DNA of 64,000 nt from an uncultured Acidobacteriota bacterium (GCA_963733935.1 CAVTEQ010000018.1:52942-116941), one strand, 5' to 3'. Positions 1 through 10,499 are shown, counted from the stretch's first letter. The notes: generated by a model from the sequence alone, not told the origin. Program-made: numbers and translations.

Positions 1-1
1 G

Positions 2-151
2 AAGCTCGACCTGACGGAAGGTGTCGATCCGACAGCTCCCACGCATTTCCGCGAGCACGGCGGCGCGCTGTGGTTCAAAGGTAAGGGACCGGCGCGGCAT
101 GAGCTTGATCCGGCGCGACAAGCGGCGCGGCCCGCGGGAGGCGATGATTGA
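2..151 (+). CDS. 3' end of an upstream CDS entering from the window edge (function not assignable)
   Basis: Frame 2 is open from position 2 with GC-rich third positions. Its TGA stop at 149-151 overlaps the TTG start (148) of the next gene (TTGA coupling). Confidence 0.3.
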   Translation, partial: KLDLTEGVDPTAPTHFREHGGALWFKGKGPARHELDPARQAARPAGGDD

Positions 152-1151
152 GCTTGCCGGAGTTCAAACTGCTGCGTCCGCGCAGCCTCGCCGAGGCTGT
201 TAGTTTTCTTGGCATACATGCCGAGGCGCAGATTGTCGCCGGCGGCACCGATCTCGTTCCCTCACTCAAACAGCGCCTGTTCACGCCTGCCTATGTCATC
301 GACATCCGCCGCATCTCCGAGCTGCGCGGCATCCGCGCCATTCCGGGGCAGGGAACTGAAATCGGCGCGCTCACCACGCTGACCGAGATCGAGAAGTCCG
401 ACCACATTCGTCGCGACTATCCGGTGCTGCACGAAGCTGCGAAGACCGTGGCCTCGCCCATCCTGCGCAACATGGGCACGCTCGGCGGCAACATCTGCCT
501 GGACACCCGCTGCCTGTGGTACAACCAGTCGCTCACCTGGCGGACTTCCTGCGGCTTCTGCATTAAGAAAGATGGCGATCTCTGCCACGTTGCGCCCGGC
601 GGCTCGAAGTGCTGGGCGGTCTTTTCCGGCGATACGCCTCCGGCGCTGCTCTGCCTCGATGCCGAGCTTGAGATCATTGGCCCGTCGGGCACAAGGCGTG
701 CTCTGCTGCGCGACTTCTACACCAATGTCGGCGACGCGCGCATGAAGCTGGCGAAGAACGAAATCGTCACGCGGGTGCTCCTGCCGGAGCGCACTGCCGG
801 ATACCGCGGCGTCTATCGCAAGCTGCGCCTGCGCGGATCGATCGACTATCCGCTGGCAGGCGTGGCGGTCGCGCTGAAGCGCTCCAATGGACACGTGGAG
901 GATGCCCGTGTCGCCATCACCGCGGTCGAATCCCGCACCGCTTGCTGGTTCGTGGCGCTGACAAAGAACTGCTCGGGAAGGCCGTGACCGCAGAGAATGC
1001 GGCGGCGGTCGGTGACCTTGCCGCGCGTGCCGCGAAGCCATTGACCACGTCCTCGCTTACGCCTGAGTATCGTCGCGAGATGATTCGCGTCTTCGCCAAG
1101 CGGGCGGTGCTGGAAGCAGCACGAAAGTGGGAAGTGGAAAGTGGTAAGTGA
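148..1151 (+). CDS. FAD-binding medium subunit (CoxM/XdhB-like) of a molybdopterin-dependent dehydrogenase; frame broken near 940
   Basis: ORF 148-987 carries AGGTDLVPSLK and GTLGGNIC flavoprotein motifs. The C-terminal domain (ADKELLGKAVT...TPEYRREM) continues in ORF 942-1151, shifted by one missing base. Confidence 0.8.
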
Positions 1152-1228
1152 TAAGTTGATGCTGTACGCGCACAGCCGTCGTCTCACACCCATGACTACT
1201 TACCACTTATCACTTGTCACTGGCCACT
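1125..1228. repeat. Imperfect word-hairpin, word GTGGNAAG (family W1)
   Basis: Arm aagtgggaagtggaaagtggtaagtgataagt (1125-1156) opposes acttaccacttatcacttgtcactggccact (1198-1228). Confidence 0.8.
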
Positions 1229-1232
1229 GACT

Positions 1233-2075
1233 TTGATCACTGACTGCCACATCCACATTCAGCCCATGGAGATGTTCAATCCGGGCGCGCTGGCGGCGAT
1301 GAAGCGCCAACGGCCGAACTTCGACCAGATTGTGGAATTCTGCCGCTCCCCCAAAGCGTTTCTCAGGCACCTGGACGCCTGCGGCATCGATCGCGCTGTG
1401 CTTATCAATTATGTGGCGCCGGAAGTGATCGGCTTCACAGCGGGCGTAAACACGTTCGTTGCCGATTACGTCAAGGAAGATCCGCGCCGCCTGATCCCCT
1501 GCGGCAGCCTGCATCCGCGGCACAGCACGAACTTCATGGCCGACGTGGATCACCTGCTCCGTCTCGGCATTCGCATGATCAAGATCCATCCGCCGCACCA
1601 GTTGCTCTATCCCAACGACTACCTGCACGGCGTGAAAGAACTCGAGATTCTGTATCGAGCCGCCGAGGCCAACGGTGTGCCGGTGATGGTCCACACGGGG
1701 ACATCGATCTTTCCGGGCGCGCGCAACAAGTTCGGCGACCCGATGTACGTGGACGATGTGGCCGTGGATTTTCCCCGGCTGAAGATTCTGCTGGCGCACG
1801 GCGGGCGTCCGCTGTGGATGGATACGGCATTCTTTCTGGTGCGCCGCCATCCCAACGTCTATCTCGATGTAAGTGGCATCCCGCCCAAGACGCTGTTGAA
1901 ATATTTTCCGCGGTTAGAGGAGATTGCCGCCAAGACCGTGTTCGGCACCGATTGGCCGGGGCCGGGAGTGCCGGACATCAAGCGGAACCTGGATGATTTT
2001 CGTGCCTTGGCGATTTCCGAGGTGGCGAAAGAACAAATTCTCACGAAGACGGCATTGACGTTGTGGGCGGCGTGA
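1233..2075 (+). CDS. Amidohydrolase-family (TIM-barrel metal-dependent) hydrolase
   Basis: 280-aa ORF with an N-terminal DCHIHI His pair, KIHPPHQ and LLAHGGRP motifs typical of amidohydrolase_2 proteins. Confidence 0.8.
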   Translation: MITDCHIHIQPMEMFNPGALAAMKRQRPNFDQIVEFCRSPKAFLRHLDACGIDRAVLINYVAPEVIGFTAGVNTFVADYVKEDPRRLIPCGSLHPRHSTNFMADVDHLLRLGIRMIKIHPPHQLLYPNDYLHGVKELEILYRAAEANGVPVMVHTGTSIFPGARNKFGDPMYVDDVAVDFPRLKILLAHGGRPLWMDTAFFLVRRHPNVYLDVSGIPPKTLLKYFPRLEEIAAKTVFGTDWPGPGVPDIKRNLDDFRALAISEVAKEQILTKTALTLWAA

Positions 2076-2107
2076 GCTGCCGTCTCGGAACAAAACCGAT
2101 ATTCCTC

Positions 2108-2121
2108 GGGGCTGAAGCCCC
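2108..2121. repeat. GGGGC-tgaa-GCCCC mini-hairpin (family K component)
   Basis: The same GGGGCTNNAGCCCC unit occurs at 40353, 40377, 46710 and 62105. Confidence 0.6.
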
Positions 2122-2225
2122 TCAAGAAATAAAAGACTCCTGCGGCGCGGTTGGAAGCCGCCCCCCTTCAAAACGAATCACCCGATTCCCATTGCCTAAT
2201 AAAGATGGGGAGCCGGGCGCTCCCC

Positions 2226-2260
2226 AAACTTGAAACTCGAAACTTGAAACCTGAAACTGG
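2226..2260. repeat. Direct tandem repeat of the 7-nt word GAAACTN (about 5 copies)
   Basis: aaacttgaaactcgaaacttgaaacctgaaactgg, directly downstream of the stop at 2264. No inverted partner seen. Confidence 0.75.
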
Positions 2261-2263
2261 CTC

Positions 2264-2902
2264 TTACTCTCCCGCCACGCCCGCGCTGCTCATGATCACG
2301 GGGCGGTTGAGTTCCAAGGTGATCTCGGTTCCGGCCGGAAGTTCTGCCGAGTGCCTCTTGGTCAGCCAATAGGCGGCGACGGCTCCGAGCCCTATGCCTC
2401 CGCCCAGGAACAAGCCTTTGGCTCCGGCGGCGAGCACGCCGATCACAGCGCCGGTGCCGCCGCCGGCGGCGAGTTCAACGGTATCGCGACTGGTGCGCCC
2501 AGCGCCCTTAATTCGGCCTTCGTCGTCCACGGTAGTGCCCGACGATTTGGCTGTATCCACGATGGTCGCGGTGATGAGGAACTGGTTGCCGTTGGGCATG
2601 ACGATGCGGTCGGGCAGCACCGCGATGCTGGGTTTGCCGGCGATGCGCCGCGGTTCGCTCAATTTGGTCACACGCCCGGTGACGGAAGCTCCCGCCGGCA
2701 CCAGGGTCTGGCCGTTGACCACCACCGCCTGCGTGACTCGTCCCGTGAACACATCGCCTACTTTGCTTCGGTGAGTGGAAAGTGGTGTCTCCAGCTTCAA
2801 GCGCATACCGGTTCCCGCCGGCAGCGACGTGCCCTGTTGCGCCACAGCGGCAGCCGCCAGCAGCAGCATTGCCACCATCATGCCCAAGCTTCTCTTCATC
2901 AA
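2264..2902 (-). CDS. Secreted protein with a C-terminal glycine-zipper segment
   Basis: Signal peptide MMKRSLGMMVAMLLLAAAAVAQQ and a Gly-rich stretch AAGGGTGAVIGVLAAGAKGLFLGGGIGLGA. Same layout as the C-terminal half of 50103-51302. Confidence 0.7.
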   Translation of the reverse strand: MMKRSLGMMVAMLLLAAAAVAQQGTSLPAGTGMRLKLETPLSTHRSKVGDVFTGRVTQAVVVNGQTLVPAGASVTGRVTKLSEPRRIAGKPSIAVLPDRIVMPNGNQFLITATIVDTAKSSGTTVDDEGRIKGAGRTSRDTVELAAGGGTGAVIGVLAAGAKGLFLGGGIGLGAVAAYWLTKRHSAELPAGTEITLELNRPVIMSSAGVAGE

Positions 2903-2949
2903 TTCCTCCTAGGTGCCCAAAAACGGTTGATAGCCAATGACTCAATCAG

Positions 2950-3456
2950 TCAATGGCTCGGTCCCGCTGCTTCGTGGAACGCTCGCAGCATGCTGTTGAT
3001 CCCCGCCCGATCTTTCTGGTCGGAGCTGACGTATGCGAACCGCAAGGTGCCCTCGCGGTCGACGACGAAGGTGGCTGGCCGCGCGATGTTGATGGCATCC
3101 CGCCCCAGGCGGTGATAGATGCCATAAGCCTTGGTCACTGCCCGGTCCTCATCGAGCAGAAAGGGAAAGCTGATGGGATGTTCGGCGAGATACTTCTCCG
3201 GTTTGAACAGGCCGCCGCGTTTTTCAGCGGCGACGTACAACAGGCTGCCGGAACGTTCGATCTCATCTTTGTGCGGCTCCAACTGGGCCATGCGCTTGAC
3301 GCAGTTCGGTCACCAGGTCCCTCGCAGAAATTCCAGGATCACAGGACCGCGCGCCAGCACCTGGGGGAGGGAATAGGCATCGCTGCGATTGGCCGCCGCG
3401 AGCGTAAATTCCGGCGCCCGGTCGCCGATCCTCAGAGTTTGCGAGGAACCCGGCAT
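2950..3456 (-). CDS. Peroxiredoxin-like (AhpC/TSA, PRX_like2-type) thioredoxin-fold protein with in-frame TGA (3310-3312) at the WCxxC Cys position; candidate selenoprotein
   Basis: The ORF track shows only the part after the TGA (2950-3291). In the same frame upstream, from ATG 3456, the sequence reads MPGSSQTLRIGDRAPEFTLAAANRSDAYSLPQVLARGPVILEFLRGTW-TGA-PNCVKRMAQLEPHKDE. Total length is 507 nt, in frame. Confidence 0.6.
3274..3290 (-). promoter_or_regulatory. Candidate bacterial SECIS hairpin
   Basis: The RNA UGGCCCAGUUGGAGCCG lies 20-36 nt after the UGA. Stem GGC/GCC plus CC/GG with a bulged A, and an AGUU apical loop containing GU. Confidence 0.35.
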
Positions 3457-3553
3457 CCAGCCTGACTGTAAGTCAGAGCGAGACGCCGGACAACATGCGA
3501 AACCAAAATGGGAACCACCCTAGGCACGTGAACAGTCGGCTTCTCAAAGCTGA

Positions 3554-4957
<1,404 letters not shown>

Positions 4958-4982
4958 ACCACGAACCACCCAGGAGGACTTA

Positions 4983-5516
4983 GTGAGACGATGCGCAGCT
5001 TTGCCCGCTTTTGTCCTGATCTTCGCTTCTCTCGCATGCGGTCAAACCGCGCCGGCTGCGAGTTCAGCAGCCCGGCCCAAATCTGAAAAAATTGCCAAGA
5101 TTCGGGAGCTGCTGGTGTTGACTGACGCAGCGGGGATGGCGACTTCCGGCCTGAAGGCTCAAGCCGGCAGCATCAAGAAAATGTTGCCGCTTCCGCCGGC
5201 CGCGCAGGACGACTTCGAAAAGGAGCTGCTGGCCTCAGTGGACATCAACGAGTTGACCAATCTCTTGATCCCGATTTATGAGCGGCACGTCTCCGAGGGA
5301 GATCTGGATCGCCTGCTCGCTTTCTATCGCAGCCCCGCGGGGAAGCGCTTCATCAAGGCTCTGCCTTTGATCACCGCCGAATCCCGCGGGGCCGGCGAAA
5401 AATGGGGAGAAGGACTGGGCAGGAAGGTGGCCGAGAAGATCTCCGACAAGCTTGCCCACGGTGATTATGGTCCGTGGCCGCCCGACCACCAGGAGGAGCC
5501 GCCGGAGAAACATTGA
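4983..5516 (+). CDS. Secreted DUF2059-like protein
   Basis: Signal peptide (VRRCAALPAFVLIFASLACGQ) and a YERHVSEGDLDRLLAFYRSPAGKRFIKALP block typical of DUF2059. Confidence 0.75.
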   Translation: MRRCAALPAFVLIFASLACGQTAPAASSAARPKSEKIAKIRELLVLTDAAGMATSGLKAQAGSIKKMLPLPPAAQDDFEKELLASVDINELTNLLIPIYERHVSEGDLDRLLAFYRSPAGKRFIKALPLITAESRGAGEKWGEGLGRKVAEKISDKLAHGDYGPWPPDHQEEPPEKH

Positions 5517-5545
5517 GCGGTGGAGGATGCCATATAATTCCTGAG

Positions 5546-5734
5546 ATGAAACCGAGTGAGATCATTTTTTCAGTAGAAGAGAGCGCCGAAGGCGGCTTTG
5601 AAGCTCGGGCTTTGGGCTACTCCATCTTTACGGAAGCCGAGACATTCGACGACCTGCGCAAAATGGTGCGCGAGGCCGTGCAATGCCATTTTGAAGAACA
5701 TGAGCGGCCTGCTGTTATACGCCTGCATGTCTGA
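5546..5734 (+). CDS. Small HicB-like/UPF0150-type protein, no adjacent toxin
   Basis: 62 aa from ATG 5546: MKPSEIIFSVEESAEGGFEARALGYSIFTEAETFDDLRKMVREAVQCHFEE. The fold pattern resembles HicB N-terminal domains. Confidence 0.6.
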   Translation: MKPSEIIFSVEESAEGGFEARALGYSIFTEAETFDDLRKMVREAVQCHFEEHERPAVIRLHV

Positions 5735-5786
5735 TAGCGGTCCGGCCCGTTTTCTATCCTCCCTTGGCCGTCTACAATCTAGTGTC

Positions 5787-5813
5787 CTCCGTGTCTCTGT
5801 GTCTCCGTGGTGA
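5787..5813. repeat. Single arm of family W2 (TCTCCGTG word)
   Basis: cctccgtgtctctgtgtctccgtggtg. No complementary arm nearby. Confidence 0.7.
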
Positions 5814-5822
5814 ACCGAAATC

Positions 5823-7461
5823 ATGCCTAAACCCAAACCTCTCGTCCTCATCATTCTCGACGGCTGGGGATACGCACCGCCGTCGAAGGCCAATGCCATC
5901 TCGCTGGCGCGCAAACCCACCTACGACCAACTCTTGCGCGATTATCCCAACACGCTGATTCACACCAGCGGCCGCTACGTCGGGCTGCCCGAGGGGCAGA
6001 TGGGCAACAGCGAGGTGGGACATCTCAACATCGGCGCCGGCCGCGTCGTATATATGGACGTCACCCGCATCGACCTGATGATCGAGAACGGCGAGTTCTT
6101 CTCCAGCCCCGAGCTGCTGGCGGCCGTCAAGCACGCGCGCTCCGGCGGCCGGCGGCTGCACATCTTCGGGCTGCTCTCCGATGGAGGCGTGCACTCTTCC
6201 GAGCAGCACCTCTACGCGCTGTTGCGGATGGCCAAGCAGAACGGTGTGGAGCGCGTTTTCGTCCACTGCTTCATGGACGGGCGCGACACGATGCCCAACT
6301 CCGGCGCCGGCTACATCGAGCAGCTTCAGCAGAAGATGCGCGAGTACGGCGTGGGCAAGATCGCTTCGGTTGACGGCCGCTACTACGCCATGGACCGCGA
6401 TCGCCGCTGGGAGCGCGATAGAAAAGGCCTTCGCGGCGATGGTCGAGGGCAAAGGCGAAGGCGGCGCCTACGTCGATCCTGTGCAGGGCGTGAAAGAGTC
6501 CTACAACAAGGGCACGACCGATGAGTTCGTCTTGCCCTTCGTCTGCGTGGACAACCGCGGCGAGCCGCTCGCCCGCATCCGCGATGAGGATGCCTGCATC
6601 AACTTTAATTTCCGCGCCGACCGCGCCCGCCAGATCACCCGCGCGCTCGCCCGCAAGAGCCATCTTTCGGCCGAGGACGGACGCGAACTGCCGGGCGCTG
6701 AAGATCTCGACCGCACCATTCCCCGCGAGCGCGTCCCTGCGAATCTCCATTACTTGTGCATGACGCGCTACGACAAGCAGTTCACGCTCCCTTACGTCGT
6801 GGCACCGGAAGCGCTGTCCAACATTCTCGCCAACGTCATGGCAAACTTGCAGCTACGCAACCTGCGCGTGGCCGAGACCGAGAAGTACGCGCATGTGACC
6901 TACTTCTTCAATGGCGGCGTGGAGCAGCCGTTTCCCGGCGAGGATCGCGTGCTCGTGCCTTCGCCCAAGGTCGCCACCTATGACTTGAAGCCGGAAATGT
7001 CGGCCAGCGGCATCGCCGACGCGGTGGTCAAAGCGGTCAACGATACTGCCTTCGACGTGATCGTGGTGAACTTCGCCAACGCCGATATGGTCGGCCACTC
7101 CGGCAAGATTCCGCCAACTATCCAGGCGGTCGAAACCGTGGACGCTTGTCTCGGCCGCATCCTCACGGCGGTGCGCCAGAAAGGCGGCGCCATGTTGGTC
7201 ACCGCCGACCACGGCAACGCCGAGATGATGATCGATCCCGCGACCGGCGGCCCGCACACCGCCCACACCACGAATCCAGTGCCGTTCATCATCGTGAGCG
7301 ATCAGGACAAGAAGTTCACGCTTCGCCCCGATGGCGCGCTGCAGGATATCTCTCCAACCGTGCTGGGTATCCTCGGCATTCCGCAACCGAAAGAGATGAC
7401 AGGACATGATCTGCGAGTGTTCGGATCGGGTGATCGGGTGATCGGGTCATCGGGAGATTGA
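5823..7461 (+). CDS. gpmI: 2,3-bisphosphoglycerate-independent phosphoglycerate mutase; +1 frameshift near 6417
   Basis: The N-terminus (LIILDGWGY...[14 protein letters not shown]...[14 protein letters not shown]) is in ORF 5823-6524. It continues as [11 protein letters not shown]...ADHGNAE in ORF 6181-7461. 1639 nt = 546 codons + 1. Confidence 0.93.
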
Positions 7462-7572
7462 AGCCCCGGAGGGGCAAAATGAATTGGTTGCAATTTTCGC
7501 AGCCTCCCAGCGCATGTCTCGGTTTAATTCCTCCTAAATCACCCGATGACCCGATCACCCGATGACCCGATG
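7422..7572. repeat. Word-hairpin, word GATCGGGT (family W3), arms about 85 nt apart
   Basis: cggatcgggtgatcgggtgatcgggtcatcggg (7422-7454) opposes cacccgatgacccgatcacccgatgacccgatg (7540-7572). Confidence 0.85.
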
Positions 7573-8560
7573 AAATTACTCATTCTTATCCATCATCCCT
7601 TCGCTCTTTGGAGTGCGCCCGATTGGCTCGGCGAGCGCGTCCGCCGCGACTTCCCGCAGATCGAAGTGGACCAGCGCAACAGCTACAAGAACGTCGAGGA
7701 ACACATCCGCGACGCCGAGATTTTCTTCGGCTGGTCGCTGCGCGGAGAGCAGGTGGCGGTCGCGAAGAAGCTGCGCTGGATCCACTCCACCGCCGCCGCC
7801 GTACATCAGCTCATGTCGCCGGAGTTGCGCGCGAGCAACGTGATCGTCACCAACGCCCGCTTCGTCCACGGGCCGGTGGTCGCCGAGCATGCCGTCGCGC
7901 TCATGTTCGGTCTCGCCAAACGTCTGCACACCGCTGTGCGCTACCAGCAGCAACGAGTATGGGCGCAAGAGCAGATCGCCGGCGAGCATCCGCACCCAAG
8001 CGAACTCGCGGGTTCAACGCTGGGCCTTGTCGGCTACGGAGCTATTGGGAGTCCGATCGCCGACAGCGCCAAGGCGCTGGGGATGCGGGTGCTCGTCGTC
8101 CGTCAGCATCCGCAGAGGGAGCACGGTGCGAAAAACGGCATCGAGAGCTTCGGTCCCGACGGCCTCGATGAAGTGATCGCGCAATCCGACTTCGTGGTCC
8201 TCGCCGCTCCGCTCACCGAGAGGACGCGCCACCTCATCAATTCCGAGCGTCTTGAACGCATGAAGCCCGACGCCTACCTGGTGAACGTCTCCCGGGGAGC
8301 GTTGATCGACGAAGCCGCCCTGCTCGACACTCTGCGGAACCGCTGCATCGGCGGCGCGGCGCTCGAACGTCTTCGATCATGAGCCGCTGCCTGCCGACTC
8401 GCCGCTGTGGGAGCTGGACAACCTGCTGATCACGCCGCACACTGCCGCCACGTCGGACAAGATGTGGGAGCGCCACTACGCGCTCATCAAGGAGAACCTC
8501 CGGCGCTATCTTGCCGGCGAGCCGCTGCTGGGGCTGGTGGACAAGCAATCGGGATACTGA
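7570..8560 (+). CDS. D-isomer-specific 2-hydroxyacid dehydrogenase family protein; +1 frameshift near 8366
   Basis: Contains GLVGYGAIG (NAD site) and LVNVSRGALIDEAAL. After 8366 the expected DVFDHEPLPADSPLWELDNLLITPHTAA reads one base out of frame, with the stop at 8558-8560. Confidence 0.85.
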
Positions 8561-8576
8561 TTCTGATGAGGCTAAG

Positions 8577-9098
8577 ATGAAAGATACGACAAGTTCAATG
8601 CCGGCCCTCCTGATCCGCCTGTTGGTCGGGTGGGTGTTCCTGGTTGAAGGCTTTCTGAAATATCTGTGGCTGGACGATCTGGGAGTGGGCCGATTCGAGG
8701 CCATCGGCATCCCTGTGCCGCACTTCACCGCTCCCTTCGTCGGACTGGTCGAGATGGTCTGCGGGGCGCTGGTGATCATCGGGCTTTTCACTCGCCTGGC
8801 CGCGGTTCCGCTGCTGATCGATATCAGCGTGGCCATCCTGTCGACCAAGATTCCGATTCTGCTCGGCCACGGCTACTGGCGGTTCAGTCTGCCGAAGGTC
8901 AAGCATTACGGCCTGCTCAGCATGCTGCACGAAGCCCGTACCGATATTTCGATGGTGCTGGGGCTGATATTCATCTTGATCGTGGGAGCAGGGGCGGCGT
9001 CGGTGGATGCCGCGCGAAAGGGGCGGCGGCGGGAAGCTGGCGACCTTCCGTCTACCGGTGGGCCATCTATTCCCGATACTGAGCATCCGGGTCGATAG
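8577..9098 (+). CDS. DoxX-family membrane protein
   Basis: From ATG 8577: MKDTTSSMPALLIRLLVGWVFLVEGFLKYLW, with about four hydrophobic helices. Confidence 0.8.
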   Translation: MKDTTSSMPALLIRLLVGWVFLVEGFLKYLWLDDLGVGRFEAIGIPVPHFTAPFVGLVEMVCGALVIIGLFTRLAAVPLLIDISVAILSTKIPILLGHGYWRFSLPKVKHYGLLSMLHEARTDISMVLGLIFILIVGAGAASVDAARKGRRREAGDLPSTGGPSIPDTEHPGR

Positions 9099-9100
9099 CG

Positions 9101-9112
9101 GTTCGTGCGAAC
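9101..9112. promoter_or_regulatory. Palindrome GTTCG-TG-CGAAC sharing the core GTGCGAACA with 9470-9485
   Basis: Seen in sequence about 60 nt upstream of ORF 9173. Confidence 0.3.
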
Positions 9113-9172
9113 AAAAAGCGAATAATTGTGCTAAGATGCTGGCTGGAATTTTTCTGGCGCGGGAGCGAATAG

Positions 9173-9379
9173 ATGGTCCCGGGCAAGGTGCTGCGGTTTC
9201 CAATTCGCCAACCCGAGTTGTTCACGCCGGAAATCAATCGCGAGGCGCTGAACACGGGCGAACTTAATCGCGTTCTCTATGCTGCCATTCGGGCTCTGCC
9301 CTATGTGCAGGATCCGCGATGCCAGGAAGAACTGAAACGCGCCCTCTGCGAGTTGCTCCAGGACGGAGACGCAGCGTAA
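9173..9379 (+). CDS. Hypothetical 68-aa protein (low-GC islet)
   Basis: ORF only, with no recognisable motif. It lies in a compositionally atypical stretch. Confidence 0.4.
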   Translation: MVPGKVLRFPIRQPELFTPEINREALNTGELNRVLYAAIRALPYVQDPRCQEELKRALCELLQDGDAA

Positions 9380-9469
9380 GGCTTCGTACTCCGCACACAC
9401 CGCCCGCTAGTACCTCGTACGTTCGATACCGCCCGACTCTGGTTGGGCAATATTGTGCTCAAAGGATCA

Positions 9470-9485
9470 GTGCGAACATTCGCAC
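9470..9485. promoter_or_regulatory. Palindrome GTGCGAA-CA-TTCGCAC
   Basis: Seen in sequence 16 nt upstream of ATG 9501. Confidence 0.3.
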
Positions 9486-9500
9486 ATACGTGAGGTACAA

Positions 9501-9962
9501 ATGGCTCTCCGTTTGAGGCAGCTCGTCTGGGTAGTATCGTGCGTTCTAGTGGTTCTCGTCAGCAGAGGATCCTTTGCAGCACAACCCACTAGGCCTATGA
9601 TCTTCATCGAGGCGCAGAACGGTTTTGACACCTACCTGGCAGCCGCGATTGCCAAGAAGCAAGTTCCTGCAGACGTTGTGTCTGATGGGTCTAAAGCCGC
9701 CTACATTCTTAAGGCTTCCGAGGTAGAGGAAAAGAAAGAGTCGACAGGCAGTAAGGTGACCCGTTGTCTGTTTCTATACTGTGCTGGAATCGAGGATAAA
9801 GCAGATGTATCAGTGCAGCTCATAGACCCGGGATCGTCCAAAGTAGTCTGGGCCTATTCAGTAAACAAGCAACGTGGCCATAAGAACCAGCAGGCGATGG
9901 CGGAAGCCGTCGCGAAACACCTAAAAGAGTACCTTTCGAAGCCTCGGCCGGCCGGACAGTGA
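9501..9962 (+). CDS. Hypothetical secreted protein (low-GC islet)
   Basis: From ATG 9501: MALRLRQLVWVVSCVLVVLVSRGSFAAQP signal peptide. About 50% GC with no GC3 bias. Confidence 0.6.
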   Translation: MALRLRQLVWVVSCVLVVLVSRGSFAAQPTRPMIFIEAQNGFDTYLAAAIAKKQVPADVVSDGSKAAYILKASEVEEKKESTGSKVTRCLFLYCAGIEDKADVSVQLIDPGSSKVVWAYSVNKQRGHKNQQAMAEAVAKHLKEYLSKPRPAGQ

Positions 9963-10454
9963 AAACCGTTGCCTCGAGTCTCCGCGAAACCAAGTCCAAC
10001 GGATTCCTCGCCGTGGGATGTTTTCCTCGATACCGTTGAGTACGCGATATAGGGTGCTCCTGTGTTCTGGACCGAAGTCATCGAAGACAGTGGCCAAGCC
10101 ATGCGTGGTCCCGTATGCGTTTCGAGCGCCGGCCTTCTCTGCAAGGCGTTGAAGTTGATACTCGATACGGGTGCTGTCGATAGGACTGTCAAGCAGCTGT
10201 TCCCTTGTCCGCAAATCCGCCAGTTGCTTTCTCAATTGCCCAATTGCGCTCACCTGCATATTCCTCACATACTCGGGGTTTTGTGTTAGCGGCATGCTAC
10301 TGGGGTAGCCTTTTAGACTGCTGGGGTCCGTAGGGTTCCATCTTTCCAGTTGAAAAATCCTTAGTCGAATGCGATAGCACCGCTTGCAGAATCCCTTTGC
10401 ATGTAATGGTAGTCGTGACGTTCCGCAGTTAGCGCAGCACTTTCCCTCAACCAT
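9921..10454 (-). CDS. Hypothetical protein with an N-terminal CxxC...CxxC zinc ribbon (low-GC islet)
   Basis: MVEGKCCANCGTSRLPLHAKGFCKRCY, with GGAGGAG 8 nt upstream of the ATG. The remainder has no recognisable motif. Confidence 0.6.
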   Translation of the reverse strand: MVEGKCCANCGTSRLPLHAKGFCKRCYRIRLRIFQLERWNPTDPSSLKGYPSSMPLTQNPEYVRNMQVSAIGQLRKQLADLRTREQLLDSPIDSTRIEYQLQRLAEKAGARNAYGTTHGLATVFDDFGPEHRSTLYRVLNGIEENIPRRGIRWTWFRGDSRQRFSLSGRPRLRKVLF

Positions 10455-10499
10455 GTTAAAACTCCTCCGACGAGAGTGGTTCTAGCCAGGCCTCCCGCG

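Noticed and set aside
3310-3312. Treating the TGA in the peroxiredoxin-like gene as a plain nonsense mutation or sequencing error.
   Set aside because: I could not exclude this, because the assembly has many indels and one TAG in the ThiO-like gene. I judged it less likely because the codon coincides exactly with the catalytic Cys of WCxxC and a SECIS-like hairpin follows. It is kept as a finding with explicit refutation criteria.
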